Below, piece by piece: positions 27,728 through 38,084 of a stretch of 64,000 bases of DNA. Made by a program: the position numbers and the translations under genes. The DNA is from Flavobacteriales bacterium UBA7690 (lineage in GTDB: Bacteria > Bacteroidota > Bacteroidia > Flavobacteriales_F > PHOS-HE28): the NCBI GenBank assembly GCA_002482775.1, contig DLGQ01000109.1:47789-111788 (forward strand). Direction: 5' to 3'. Position 1 is the stretch's first letter. Each line of letters begins with the position of its first letter. The notes under the pieces were generated by a model that was not told where the DNA came from, ran no database searches, and saw only the letters and a list, made by a program, of their open reading frames with translations.

Positions 27728-30343
27728 TCACCGCGCGTGGCTCACCACGAAGCGCCCGCTGGCCATGTGTCCGCCACCGGAGGATAGCTGGTACGTGTAG
27801 ATGCCATCGGCCAGATCGGCCACACGCAGTGCCACCAACGTGCCCTGTACCTGTTGTTGCATGGCCAAGCGACCTGTTCCATCGAACACGCGCACCTGTG
27901 TTGCAAGGGGCGAGTCACCAGCGAGGCTGAAGTGGAGCACGTCATCCGCAGGCTGTGGATAGATGCTCAAGAGCGAGGCGCCGAATTCGCCCATCCCGCC
28001 CTGTGGGTTGTCCACCAGGGTCACGCAATAGTCCTCTACTTCGCCGTACTCGTATCCATCGCAAGGCCCTTCTGGCGCTGCACCATACCGCATCACCACG
28101 CGCATCCGTGTAGGCCCTAGCGTGGCCTCCACGGGAATGTTCACCATGGCGTCCACAGGGTCATTGCTTCCGGAGGTGGAGATGAAGACACGTTCGTTGT
28201 TCCCATCGAAGTCGCCGCTTTGGTCCAGGTCTATCCACACGCCGAACCATTCCATGAACGAGAATCCGCTGAAGTCCGGCTCCAAGGTGATCGGATGGTC
28301 GGCAGCCACCATCAGGTCCGTCGTCACGGTAGTGTAGTCGCCATACCCGTCGTCATTCCCACTGGAGTTATCGATGTCGCCGATGGACACTTGGCCTATC
28401 CATTCACCATTGGAGTTCTCCGCTTCCAACGCGCAATAGGCGAGGTCCGTGCAAGCACCGCAACCGCTGGTGGCCATGGTGACCGGTGCGGACCAATCCG
28501 TGGTGGTGCCGTTGCAATGGGAACGCACCTGTACCGCATAGCGCGAGCAGGCTTCAAGGGGTGTGAGTTCCAGCGTGGTGGTGAGCAGGTTCTCCACCAG
28601 CGTGAAGTCCGTGGTGCCTTGTGGAGCATAGCGCACGTCGTAAGCGTTCGCAGCGAGCACGCTGTTCCAGAAAACGTTGATGATGTCGGTACCCACGAAG
28701 CCCTGCGCAAGTCCGCCGGGTGCAACACAGCAGCCGTCGCTGTTCCAGTTGAAAAGGTTGCTGTATTCGCTGGTGCCTTCATCGCAGTTCACACGCACCT
28801 GCAACTCGTAGGGCGAGCACGGAACGATACCCTGTAGTTGGAACCCAGGTTCGGCGATGGCGGTGACGGTGATCCATTCCGGAGCGCCGACCTGGCGGTA
28901 ACGCAGATCGAACACTGCTCCGTTCACCGTGTTCCATGCCACGAATGCCGTGGTCAAATCCACCGCCTGTGCGGTGATGCCATACGGCGAAGGACAAGGG
29001 CCGCAACCGTTCATGATCAGTTGCATGCTGTTGCCCGCGTTGATACGGCCTCCGGTAACGGTGTTGCCCGGCAGGTTGCCCACTTGCTCCACGCCATCGA
29101 AGAGCATCTGCCGCACGTAGAGCGCACCGGCGGCGGGGTCGTTCTTCACCAAGCTCATCATGCTGGCGCACGGTGCGCTGTACAGCAGACCGATGACCCC
29201 CGCGGTGAGCGGGCTGGCAAAGCTGGTGCCGCTGGCCGTGCCGTAGTTGTTGTTGATCTGGGTGGTATACACACCGCCCCCCGGAGCGCCCACATCGATG
29301 GTCGTGAGGCCGAATCCGGAAAAGGTGCGCATGTCCTCCTGGTTCGTGGCTGTCACGCTGATCATGAAATCGCTCGGGCACGCAGTGGGGAGGTCGCCCT
29401 CTTCATCCACGTTGGTATTGCTGTTGGTGGTGGCACCGGCGTTCAACACCCCATGTGTGCCGAGGCTATCGTACATCGCGCACCAGAGCGGCGCATCCTC
29501 CGGCTGTCCGCCGTTCACACCCCAGCTTGCGTTCGTGGCCACCACGAAAGCGCCACGTTCGCCGTTCGTTTGGTTGTACAAGCGGCGCATGGTGAGCGGG
29601 TAGCTGTGGCTGGCGATCACCCCTTCGTCGTTGGCACCGCTGTTGAACACGATCATCATTTTCACACCCCAATTGGCCCCGACCACTCCCAGGTCGTTGT
29701 TGCCCACGGCGCCTACCATGCCAGCCACTTGGGTACCATGGCTTCCGCTGTACACCTCATCCGTTCCGGAGTTGGCGTTCCAGCCCCGGAAGTCGTCCAC
29801 GTAGCCGTTGTTGTCGTCGTCGATATCGTTGTTCGGGATCTCCTGGTGGTTGAACCAAGCGTTTGCCCAGAGATCCTCGTGCGGCATGTCGCAGTTCTCG
29901 AAAATGCACACCACGATGGTATCACCATCCGCGGTGAGGCCACCGGTGCTGATGGCCCATGCGGCTTCGCTGTCGATGTTCTGGTGATGCCACTGGTCGC
30001 CGTACTCCGTATCGTCGGGCACCTCGCGCGGCTTCAGCACATGGTTGTTCTGCGCCAGTTGTACGGCGGGGTGGTTCCGCACGGCGCGCAGCATCACGGC
30101 TTGTTCCATACTGTTGGTATCGAACACGAGCTTCCAAGTGCGCATGGGCTTGCTCACCTCGCGACCCACCCGCACACCCGTAGGCGTTGCATTGATCAGT
30201 TGAAGGTCTTTGGCTACTTCCCGGATGTTCCCGGTGGGCGTGGTCATCACCAGAATCTCACCAGGGACGATCTCGGGGCCTTGTGCACGAAGGCCATGGA
30301 ACGCGGAGAGGGCCACGAAGGCCAAGGCGGATAGAAGGCGCAT
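27728..30343 (-). CDS. S8 family serine peptidase with FN3, GEVED and T9SS domains
   Basis: HGTQVAG, NASWG, GTSFASP, two FN3 domains, GEVEDY, IYPQPA CTD. Confidence 0.92.
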   Translation of the reverse strand: MRLLSALAFVALSAFHGLRAQGPEIVPGEILVMTTPTGNIREVAKDLQLINATPTGVRVGREVSKPMRTWKLVFDTNSMEQAVMLRAVRNHPAVQLAQNNHVLKPREVPDDTEYGDQWHHQNIDSEAAWAISTGGLTADGDTIVVCIFENCDMPHEDLWANAWFNHQEIPNNDIDDDNNGYVDDFRGWNANSGTDEVYSGSHGTQVAGMVGAVGNNDLGVVGANWGVKMMIVFNSGANDEGVIASHSYPLTMRRLYNQTNGERGAFVVATNASWGVNGGQPEDAPLWCAMYDSLGTHGVLNAGATTNSNTNVDEEGDLPTACPSDFMISVTATNQEDMRTFSGFGLTTIDVGAPGGGVYTTQINNNYGTASGTSFASPLTAGVIGLLYSAPCASMMSLVKNDPAAGALYVRQMLFDGVEQVGNLPGNTVTGGRINAGNSMQLIMNGCGPCPSPYGITAQAVDLTTAFVAWNTVNGAVFDLRYRQVGAPEWITVTAIAEPGFQLQGIVPCSPYELQVRVNCDEGTSEYSNLFNWNSDGCCVAPGGLAQGFVGTDIINVFWNSVLAANAYDVRYAPQGTTDFTLVENLLTTTLELTPLEACSRYAVQVRSHCNGTTTDWSAPVTMATSGCGACTDLAYCALEAENSNGEWIGQVSIGDIDNSSGNDDGYGDYTTVTTDLMVAADHPITLEPDFSGFSFMEWFGVWIDLDQSGDFDGNNERVFISTSGSNDPVDAMVNIPVEATLGPTRMRVVMRYGAAPEGPCDGYEYGEVEDYCVTLVDNPQGGMGEFGASLLSIYPQPADDVLHFSLAGDSPLATQVRVFDGTGRLAMQQQVQGTLVALRVADLADGIYTYQLSSGGGHMASGRFVVSHAR

Positions 30344-30364
30344 ACGGACTGTTACGGTATGATC

Positions 30365-30372
30365 CAAAGGTA
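30365..30372 (-). promoter_or_regulatory. -7 promoter box TACCTTTG
   Basis: TAnnTTTG 21 bp upstream of the S8 ATG. Confidence 0.55.
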
Positions 30373-30441
30373 CGGGAAGGGGCCTCGGGGACAGTCGGTT
30401 GGGTGTGTGCCAATGGCCGCCGGTGTTGGAAGGCTGAAGGA

Positions 30442-31311
30442 TCAAGGCTTCAGCCAGCGCATGGTGCGGATGTTCGGACCATCCAATACCCTTACGATGT
30501 AACAGCCGGATGCCAGCCCTCCGACAGCAATGGTCCGCTCACCCGGCGGAAGGCGTGGAGCAAGGAGGATCCTACCGGCCGCATCGATGAACTGGACTTC
30601 CATGCTCCCTGTTCGAGGAAGCCCTTCGACCAGGATCGTTCCTGCATTCAACAGGTGTATGGTCATTGGTGCTGCGTCGCTCTCCGCGTTCATACCCACC
30701 CCCCAGTCGCAACTCGGGGTCAGTCCCGATGTGTAGTCCATCCCCTCGTCGGAAAAGCAGCGGAGGGTGGGATCAAAGAAGAATCCACTCCCCCAGCAAT
30801 CGTCGAAGAACAGGCCGAATTCCGAGCCTATACGTTCGATGTAGCGGTACTGCGACCCACCCTTGAAACACGGATTGCTCACATCGATGGAACGAAGCCA
30901 TTGCCCACCGAACTCCACATGCCCGGTATCCACCACATTGAACGGACACGAACAGCCGAAATCTCCCAACTGCAGCTGGTCCCAGTGATCACCCGGATCG
31001 GCCCCGAACCAGATGATCGTATCCCACTGCGGACCACCTCCCATATCCGAGAAGTCTTGCAGTCGATAGATCACGTCATCTTCAGCACGCGTTACGTAGG
31101 TCGGGTAGATCCACGGCCCGTCCGAAACATTGAAGCGGATAATGTTCCCGACCACCCCCTCGATCAAGGTGTCGCCGGTGTATACGTACTTGGTGTAATG
31201 ATCCGAGCCCCAGCCGTCGCTATAGTGCCACGTGGCGCCGGGTACGCACCATTGCTGGGCGAATGAGGCCAAAGCCAGTAGGGAGCTGAGCAGAGCGTGT
31301 AAGTTCCTCAT
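30442..31311 (-). CDS. T9SS-secreted protein (GATWHY type)
   Basis: Signal ending SFAQ; WCVPGATWHY, YIERIGS, LRCFSD; CTD DAAGR...GLASGCYIVRV. Confidence 0.8.
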   Translation of the reverse strand: MRNLHALLSSLLALASFAQQWCVPGATWHYSDGWGSDHYTKYVYTGDTLIEGVVGNIIRFNVSDGPWIYPTYVTRAEDDVIYRLQDFSDMGGGPQWDTIIWFGADPGDHWDQLQLGDFGCSCPFNVVDTGHVEFGGQWLRSIDVSNPCFKGGSQYRYIERIGSEFGLFFDDCWGSGFFFDPTLRCFSDEGMDYTSGLTPSCDWGVGMNAESDAAPMTIHLLNAGTILVEGLPRTGSMEVQFIDAAGRILLAPRLPPGERTIAVGGLASGCYIVRVLDGPNIRTMRWLKP

Positions 31312-31405
31312 GTCCGTATCCATTTAATGGTCTGTCGACGTGCGGCCCTTCCACCACACGCACCATGTAGTACCCAGGAGCAACCTCGCTGATGTTGATA
31401 CACAC
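31308..31405 (-). pseudogene. Frameshifted remnant of a T9SS C-terminal domain
   Basis: INISEVAPGYYMVRVVEGPHV, then QTIKWIRT* in another frame; its TGA overlaps the next gene's ATG. Confidence 0.6.
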
Positions 31406-31592
31406 GAACAGGGCCTAGTGCGAAATGGAACAAGGGTGTAAGATTGAAGACCACGAGTCTGCTCCATTCATCATGAATGTTGCACCAGGACATTGTGTGT
31501 TCCTCGTGAGTGGTTCAATTGGAGCACAACGAAAGGTAGTTCACACATGGTGCACCACCAAGAACTTGGTCCGATGGGTCAACAAAGGGCGA

Positions 31593-34070
31593 TCAACCCA
31601 TGGTATACACCCGCTTCACCCGCTGACTGATGCTCGTGAGCACTTCATACGAGATGGTCCCCATGTCCCGTGCCACTTCGGCAACTGGATGTTCGCGATC
31701 GAAGACGAACGCCATATCGCCCACGGAGCAGGTGATGCCGGTCACATCCACCATGCACATGTCCATACACACGTTACCGATGATGGGTGCGGCTTTCCCG
31801 GCGATCCACACACGGCCCACTCCATTGCCGAGGCGGCGCGAGAGTCCATCCGCATACCCAATTGGTAATGTGGCGATGGTGCGGTCACCGGAAATAACGC
31901 CACGCCGGTTGTAGCCCACGGTGTCTCCGGTGGTAAGCTTTTTCAACTGAGCGATGGGTGTGCGCAAGGTCACGGTGGGCATCAGCTTGGCGGTCTCTTC
32001 GGCATCCGCACCGATGCCGTGCAGTCCGATGCCGACGCGCACCATATCGAAATGCGCCTCGGGCCAGCGCGCGATGCCGGCTGTGTTCGCCATGTGCCAG
32101 AGCGGGGTGTAGCCGAGCACTTCCCCGATCGCCGTTGCCATGCGCGTGAACGTGGCGATCTGTATGCGGGTGAAGTCATCCTGCGCAGGCTCTTCGCTCG
32201 CCACGAGGTGCGAAAGGATGGAAGCCACCTTCAATGGTCCGCGTTCGTGCAAGGCGTTCAACAGCTCCGGTAACTCTTGCTCCACGAACCCGAGGCGGTG
32301 CATGCCGGTATCCAGCTTGATGTGGACCGGCGGCGCATCATCCATCCGCTTTGCTGCGGCGATCGCCTCGCGTAACGAGCGTTGATCGTAGACCTCGGCT
32401 TCCAACCGGAAACGGTGAAGCGTACCCATGTCCACCGGCTCGGGGTTCATCACCATGATGGGCATGGAGATGCCGTGGGTGCGCAGTTCGATGCCTTCAT
32501 CGGCATACGCCACGCCGAGGTAATTCACACGTTCATGCTCGAACAGCCGTGCCAGTTCCAACGCACCGGATCCATAGCCGAAGGCTTTCACCATGGCCAT
32601 GGTCCGCACTCCTGGTGCGAGGCATCCTCGGTAATGGTTCAGGTTCTGCCGGATGGCCTCGAGGTCGATCACCAGTTCTGTGCCATGTACCTGTTGCTGC
32701 CAACGCTCCACGATCCGTTCGAAGCCGAAGCGACGCGCGCCTTTGATGAGCACCACGGATCCCGAGAAGCCTTGCGGATCCTCGCAGCTGAGCATCTTTT
32801 CCGCATCGGTGTAACACCGCGCGGAATGGCCGAATAGCGCGTGCTGCGCAGCGATCGCGGGACCGATGCCGATGATCCGTTCCACGCCGCGCTCCTTTAG
32901 TTCTTGTGCCACCCGCGCGTAGAGGCGCTGCGGATCCAGTTCGCTCTCGGCCACATCGCTCAACACCGCCACCAGGGGCCGTCCATGTGCGGTACGTTTC
33001 AAACTGTCCAACGCAACGGAGAGCGAGCTGAGGTCGAGGCTGTAGCTATCGTCGATCAGCGTGGTGCCGTGTACGCCTTGCAGGGTACGCATGCGCATGT
33101 CCACCGGCATCAGGTGCGCGAGGCGTTCGTTGATCCATTCCGCTGTGCGGCCCAAGTGCAGGCAAACGGCGATGCAGGTAAGCGCGTTCTCCGCACTGGC
33201 ATCATCGGTGAACGGGATGGTGAACGTGTGCTCCGTTCCCGCGTGCAACAACGTGATGCTGGTGGAATCGCCGACGATCTCTTGCGCGATCACCTGCACG
33301 AAGTCCGCTGCACCAGCATGCCCGATCATGGACCATTCCAACGGCTTCACCTCTGGAAGTCGGTAGTGCAGCTTGTCCAATTCCATCGCGTTGTTCGGAT
33401 GGATCCATACCTCCGCACGGCGGAACAACTTCAACTTCTCGGTCGCCTTCGCATCGCTGCCCATTCCCTTGAAACCTTCGTCGTGCGCGCTACCCAAGTG
33501 GGTGAACACACCGATCGTAGGCCGGATCATCGGTTCCAACTTCTCCATCTCGCCCGGCTTGCTGATGCCCGCTTCGAAGATGGCCAGGGTGTGCTCCGGG
33601 CGCATCTGCAACACGCTCAGCGGCACGCCCACTTGGCTGTTCCAGCTGCCCGGGCTGCGTACGATGTGCTCTTCGCGGTGCAGCATCTGGAACAACCATT
33701 CCTTCACGATGGTCTTGCCGTTGCTGCCGGTGATCCCGATCACTGGTATGGAGAACTGACTACGATGCCAAGCGGCGATCTGCTGAAATGCCGTGAGCGG
33801 ATCCAAGACACCGACCACGGCAAGCCCCTCGAATTCCGCCATTCGATCATGCTGTACGATGGCCATCCGGAGGCCGCGCTTCACCAGCTCCGCGATATGG
33901 TGGTGGCCATCGTGCCGCGGGCCGGGCAAGGCGATGAACAAGGTGGTGGGCGTGATCTCCGCGTGGCGCGAATCGATGATGATGCGATCCACCAGCGTGT
34001 CACCACCACCGCTCAAGCGGCCACCGACCACTTCGGCGATGCGCGCGAGCGGATGCTGGAAGGCGCTCAT
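31593..34070 (-). CDS. alr: Bifunctional MurF-like ligase / alanine racemase
   Basis: [14 protein letters not shown] and KGAR (Mur ligase), then [26 protein letters not shown] and CMDM (Alr). Confidence 0.95.
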   Translation of the reverse strand: MSAFQHPLARIAEVVGGRLSGGGDTLVDRIIIDSRHAEITPTTLFIALPGPRHDGHHHIAELVKRGLRMAIVQHDRMAEFEGLAVVGVLDPLTAFQQIAAWHRSQFSIPVIGITGSNGKTIVKEWLFQMLHREEHIVRSPGSWNSQVGVPLSVLQMRPEHTLAIFEAGISKPGEMEKLEPMIRPTIGVFTHLGSAHDEGFKGMGSDAKATEKLKLFRRAEVWIHPNNAMELDKLHYRLPEVKPLEWSMIGHAGAADFVQVIAQEIVGDSTSITLLHAGTEHTFTIPFTDDASAENALTCIAVCLHLGRTAEWINERLAHLMPVDMRMRTLQGVHGTTLIDDSYSLDLSSLSVALDSLKRTAHGRPLVAVLSDVAESELDPQRLYARVAQELKERGVERIIGIGPAIAAQHALFGHSARCYTDAEKMLSCEDPQGFSGSVVLIKGARRFGFERIVERWQQQVHGTELVIDLEAIRQNLNHYRGCLAPGVRTMAMVKAFGYGSGALELARLFEHERVNYLGVAYADEGIELRTHGISMPIMVMNPEPVDMGTLHRFRLEAEVYDQRSLREAIAAAKRMDDAPPVHIKLDTGMHRLGFVEQELPELLNALHERGPLKVASILSHLVASEEPAQDDFTRIQIATFTRMATAIGEVLGYTPLWHMANTAGIARWPEAHFDMVRVGIGLHGIGADAEETAKLMPTVTLRTPIAQLKKLTTGDTVGYNRRGVISGDRTIATLPIGYADGLSRRLGNGVGRVWIAGKAAPIIGNVCMDMCMVDVTGITCSVGDMAFVFDREHPVAEVARDMGTISYEVLTSISQRVKRVYTMG

Positions 34071-34660
34071 GGGGTGTCGTGCTGTACGCTCAGTGCCGCT
34101 TGGAAACAGGTGCGGCACAGCGGCTCGTAGCTATCGGTCTCACCCAGCACGACCAGCTCCTGGCTGGCTGTTTTCCGGTGGCTGAAGGTGGCCAGTCCGC
34201 CGCAGTGCATGCAGATGGCGTGGACCTTCGTCACGTACTCGGCGATCGCCATCAGCGCGGGCATCGGCCCGAAAGGGCGTCCTTGGAAATCCATGTCGAG
34301 CCCGGCGATGATCACGCGGATGCCGCTGTTGGCGAGTTGTTCGCACACGGTGGGCAGCCCATCATCGAAGAACTGGGCCTCGTCGATACCCACCACCTGG
34401 ATGTCGCTGGTGAGCAGGAGCAGGTTGGTGCTGTTGGGTACCGGCGTGCTGCGGATGGTGGTGCCTTCGTGGCTCACCACGTCCACGGCATCGTAGCGGG
34501 TATCCACGCCAGGCTTGAAGATCTCCACCTTTTGCTTGGCGAATTCCGCACGGCGCAACCGGCGGATCAGCTCTTCCGTCTTTCCGGAGAACATGCTGCC
34601 ACAGATCACTTCGATCCAGCCTTTGCGGGGGCTGTGTGGTCCGGTGTGTTCCAGGAACAT
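34067..34660 (-). CDS. tdk: Thymidine kinase
   Basis: [25 protein letters not shown], and Cys pairs CMHC and CRTC. Confidence 0.97.
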   Translation of the reverse strand: MFLEHTGPHSPRKGWIEVICGSMFSGKTEELIRRLRRAEFAKQKVEIFKPGVDTRYDAVDVVSHEGTTIRSTPVPNSTNLLLLTSDIQVVGIDEAQFFDDGLPTVCEQLANSGIRVIIAGLDMDFQGRPFGPMPALMAIAEYVTKVHAICMHCGGLATFSHRKTASQELVVLGETDSYEPLCRTCFQAALSVQHDTP

Positions 34661-34756
34661 CGAGGGTGGCCCGTGGTGTTGTTAGCTTCGGGCGTTGGCG
34701 GGGTGTGCGAAAATAGGGATCTTCGCAGGCATGCGGGTACACGAACGCAGAGAAGC

Positions 34757-35440
34757 ATGAGCACGGACAAGCCTTTTCGCAGGATCAATGAACTGGTAGC
34801 AGCGCTGGCCGCCGCGGACAAGGGCCTTGGCAACGGCACGCTCGGAGCCGATGGTCTGGAGACGGCTTGCGACGATGCACGGGAGCTTTACGAACGGCTG
34901 GTGGTGTTGCGTCACAAAGCCAGAGAGACCTTGGTGAACCAGTCCACGGAAGAGCCTGAAACCGTGAAACCAGCGCAGAACGTGGTGCGGGAACCGTTGC
35001 CACAGGCCGCGCCCGAAGAGCGTTCCGTGCGGTTGGATACGCGCCCGGCTCCGGAGCCTTCCTCCCGCCAGACCTCGCTGATCGATGCCATCGAGCACAC
35101 CGAAATGAAGGAGGATGCTGTCCCTTCCACAGCAAGCAAGTCTACCGCCAGTGAACGCCTGCCCAAGCCAGCGACCTCGGTAGCCGAGAAGTTGGAGAAG
35201 GCTGCCGTTGCCGATCTGGGCAAGGCCATATCGCTCAGCCATAAATTCTGGTTCGTGGCGGAGCTCTTCAATGGTGACCGTATGGCGTACGAAAAGGCTG
35301 TGGAGAAACTCAACGCGAGCGCTAGCCTTGCAGAAGCCCAATCCTACATCCAGGACGAGGTGATCGCCAAGCTGAAGAAGCCCGCCGACCCCGAAGCCCT
35401 GGCCACCTTCAACGAACTCGTGGAACGCCGAACCGCATGA
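34757..35440 (+). CDS. Conserved hypothetical protein
   Basis: MSTDKPF...; the C-terminal DLGKAISL..KFWFVAELFNG...LVERR is typical of a Bacteroidota conserved protein. Confidence 0.75.
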   Translation: MSTDKPFRRINELVAALAAADKGLGNGTLGADGLETACDDARELYERLVVLRHKARETLVNQSTEEPETVKPAQNVVREPLPQAAPEERSVRLDTRPAPEPSSRQTSLIDAIEHTEMKEDAVPSTASKSTASERLPKPATSVAEKLEKAAVADLGKAISLSHKFWFVAELFNGDRMAYEKAVEKLNASASLAEAQSYIQDEVIAKLKKPADPEALATFNELVERRTA

Positions 35441-36705
35441 GCCTACGATCGCTCCTTTTCTTCGTGATGGTCGCCCCGGTGGTGATCCACGCCCAAGAAG
35501 CCGATGTCGTCCGCGGCAACGCGCGCAAGTACGTGAAGAACCTCACCGCACCGGCGTTGCATGGTCGCGGATATGTGGAGAATGGCGACGGCCTGGCCGC
35601 GGATTGGATCGCGCAGCAGTTCACGCGTATGGGCCTGTTGCCGGTGAAGTCGGACTACTTCCAGCCGTTCCAGTTCAACGTGAACAGCTTTCCGGACAGC
35701 GTGCAGGTCAGCATCGATGGTAAGCGTTTGATCCCTGGAACGGACTTCATCGTGCATCCCGCGTCGGGCAGGGCTTCGGGTAGTTTCGATCTGGTGCATC
35801 TTCAGCCGGATGATCTCCTGGATCCTGCGCGCCGGGCCATGAGCATGGGTGTGCTTACAGGCAAGGCCGCGTGTCTTCACTTCCCCAAGACCATCAACAG
35901 CGATACGTTGCGGATGTACGACGAGGTGGAGCGCGAGCTCATGCACTTCTGCCCCGTCGTGAAAGCGGCAGCAGGCAAACTGACCTGGGGTGTTGCCCAA
36001 GAGGCGCGGCCGTTCCCGTTGATCGAAGTGTTGCCGGAGACGATGACCGACAGTTCGCTCACCGTGGACCTACGGGTGCAGAACAAGTTGCTCCCACGTC
36101 ACGAAGCGCGCAATGTGGTAGGCAAGGTGAAGGGCAAAGGCAGCAAATGGATCGTGATCGGCGCGCATTATGATCACCTCGGGCACATGGGTCCCGATGC
36201 GCTTTTCCCCGGAGCCAACGACAATGCGAGCGGTGTGGCCATGATGCTTTCGTTAGCCGAATGGTTCAGTAAACACAAACCGAAACACAACATCCTCTTC
36301 GTGGCGTTCGCTGGTGAAGAGGCAGGACTTGTGGGTTCGGAATGGTTCATCGTGGACCGCCCGATCGATCTCTCGAAGATCAAGTTGATGGTGAACCTGG
36401 ACATGCTCGGCACCGGCGATGATGGCATCACCGTGGTGAATTCCACCGCGCAACAAGTGTTCTTCGATCAGCTCGTGGCCATCAATACCGCGAAACAATA
36501 CCTGCCACAGGTGAAGCCGCGCGGCCCAGCGTGCAACAGCGACCATTGCCCTTTCGTGCAGAAGAACATTCCGGCGCTCTTCCTCTACACCATGGGCGGC
36601 ACCGCAGCCTACCACGATGTGCAGGACAGGGAAGAGCAACTTCCGCTCACCAAGTTCCCCGAGGTATACGCGTTGCTGAAGGACTTCATCTCAGGTTTGA
36701 AGTGA
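35437..36705 (+). CDS. M28 family aminopeptidase
   Basis: GAHYDHLG, GANDNASG, GEEAGL, NLDM, SDH, YH. Confidence 0.93.
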   Translation: MSLRSLLFFVMVAPVVIHAQEADVVRGNARKYVKNLTAPALHGRGYVENGDGLAADWIAQQFTRMGLLPVKSDYFQPFQFNVNSFPDSVQVSIDGKRLIPGTDFIVHPASGRASGSFDLVHLQPDDLLDPARRAMSMGVLTGKAACLHFPKTINSDTLRMYDEVERELMHFCPVVKAAAGKLTWGVAQEARPFPLIEVLPETMTDSSLTVDLRVQNKLLPRHEARNVVGKVKGKGSKWIVIGAHYDHLGHMGPDALFPGANDNASGVAMMLSLAEWFSKHKPKHNILFVAFAGEEAGLVGSEWFIVDRPIDLSKIKLMVNLDMLGTGDDGITVVNSTAQQVFFDQLVAINTAKQYLPQVKPRGPACNSDHCPFVQKNIPALFLYTMGGTAAYHDVQDREEQLPLTKFPEVYALLKDFISGLK

Positions 36706-37415
36706 GTTCCTTCTCTGCCTCACTTGTCCTTGTTCCCACGCCCATCGGGAACTTGGACGATATCACGCTACGTGCGCAGAAAGTCCTCGCCGATGTGGAT
36801 GCCGTGGTGGCCGAGGACACACGTGTAAGTGGTCGGTTGTTGCAGCATTTGGGCATCAGTAAACCGTTGATCCCGTTCCACGCGCACAACGAGCACCGCA
36901 TGGTGGAGCAGCTGGTGCGGCGCATGCAAGTGGGCGAGCGGTTCGCCTTGGTGAGCGATGCGGGCACACCGGCCATCAGCGATCCGGGTTTCCTGCTGGT
37001 GCGCGCAGCGATCGCCGCGGGCGTAAGTGTGGAGTGCCTGCCCGGTCCAACGGCTTTCGTGCCCGCCTTGGTCAACAGTGGCTTACCGTGCGACCGTTTC
37101 GTGTTCGAAGGTTTCCTTCCGGTGAAGAAAGGGCGACGCACACGTTTGGAAGAACTGAAAAGCGAAGAGCGCACCATGGTCCTGTACGAAAGTCCGCACC
37201 GTGTGCTACGTACGTTGACCGATCTGGCCGATAGCTTCGGTGGTGCGCGCCGGGCAAGCGTATCGCGCGAGCTGAGCAAGTTGCACGAGGAATCCGTGCG
37301 GGGCACCTTGACCGAACTGGTAGCGCATTTCACGGCGAAAGAGCCACGGGGTGAGTTCGTGGTGGTGGTCGGTGGCAAGGACGAGGCCGCTCCCCAAGGC
37401 ACGGAAGTTGTTTGA
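36702..37415 (+). CDS. rsmI: 16S rRNA (cytidine1402-2'-O)-methyltransferase
   Basis: VPTPIGNLDDITLRA, AEDTR, SDAGTPAISDPG, YESPHR, RELSKLHEE; GTG start overlaps the upstream stop. Confidence 0.96.
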   Translation: MSSFSASLVLVPTPIGNLDDITLRAQKVLADVDAVVAEDTRVSGRLLQHLGISKPLIPFHAHNEHRMVEQLVRRMQVGERFALVSDAGTPAISDPGFLLVRAAIAAGVSVECLPGPTAFVPALVNSGLPCDRFVFEGFLPVKKGRRTRLEELKSEERTMVLYESPHRVLRTLTDLADSFGGARRASVSRELSKLHEESVRGTLTELVAHFTAKEPRGEFVVVVGGKDEAAPQGTEVV

Positions 37416-37463
37416 CGAACGAGGGTAGGATTTATCGTATTCTGCATTTACTTTGTCAACAAT

Positions 37464-38084
37464 ATGTTGTTGATAACCGCATTCATCCGAAAGGCCATTC
37501 TCCCGGCGTTTGGTTTGCTGCTGGGAATGGAAGGGGCTAAGGCCCAAGCCTATATCTATGCCGATGCCGATGTTTATCTGAAGCATCGGACCGCGGACCC
37601 CTTCTTGCCGTTGGGCGAGCCGGTTGGGGATTTCGTGGACCTCTACCCGAACATGGGCCAATGGACACTGCTCTTCGAAAAGGACGGCGTGAAGCGCAAA
37701 GTGAAGTGCAAGGACATCTGGGGTTTCATGTACAAAGGCGTGCTTTTCCGCATCAATGATGAAGGGCCCATTCCTGTGCGTGTGATGACCGAAGGCACCG
37801 TGTGCTACTACGAGAACGGCTTCGCGCATTTGTACATGCAACGGGAAGATGCCGAGTTGGCCGAATTCGAGGTGGGCTACGCCTCTTACCTGAGCAAGGA
37901 CATCCGCAGCCCCATTGTACCTGCTGTTTTCAAGGAAGGAGACACGCGCTCGGTCAGTGGTCGTTTCCGCACCGAGTACCCCGGGTTGGAGCCGCTTTTC
38001 AAATGCATCGGTGATCAGCCCGGCATGGATCCGGTGCGCCAATGCGTGGTGGATTTCGAAGTCGGCCTCATCGGCAACCAGTGA
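37464..38084 (+). CDS. Hypothetical exported protein
   Basis: 206 aa with a signal ending AKAQ. Confidence 0.7.
   Translation: MLLITAFIRKAILPAFGLLLGMEGAKAQAYIYADADVYLKHRTADPFLPLGEPVGDFVDLYPNMGQWTLLFEKDGVKRKVKCKDIWGFMYKGVLFRINDEGPIPVRVMTEGTVCYYENGFAHLYMQREDAELAEFEVGYASYLSKDIRSPIVPAVFKEGDTRSVSGRFRTEYPGLEPLFKCIGDQPGMDPVRQCVVDFEVGLIGNQ

Noticed and set aside
28838..30334. 498-aa plus-strand ORF
   Set aside because: Antisense shadow of the S8 gene caused by GC-rich codon bias
32904..34756. Long plus-strand ORFs opposite murF-alr and tdk, including the N-terminal half of 34079-35440
   Set aside because: Antisense to well-supported genes; the real gene starts at 34757
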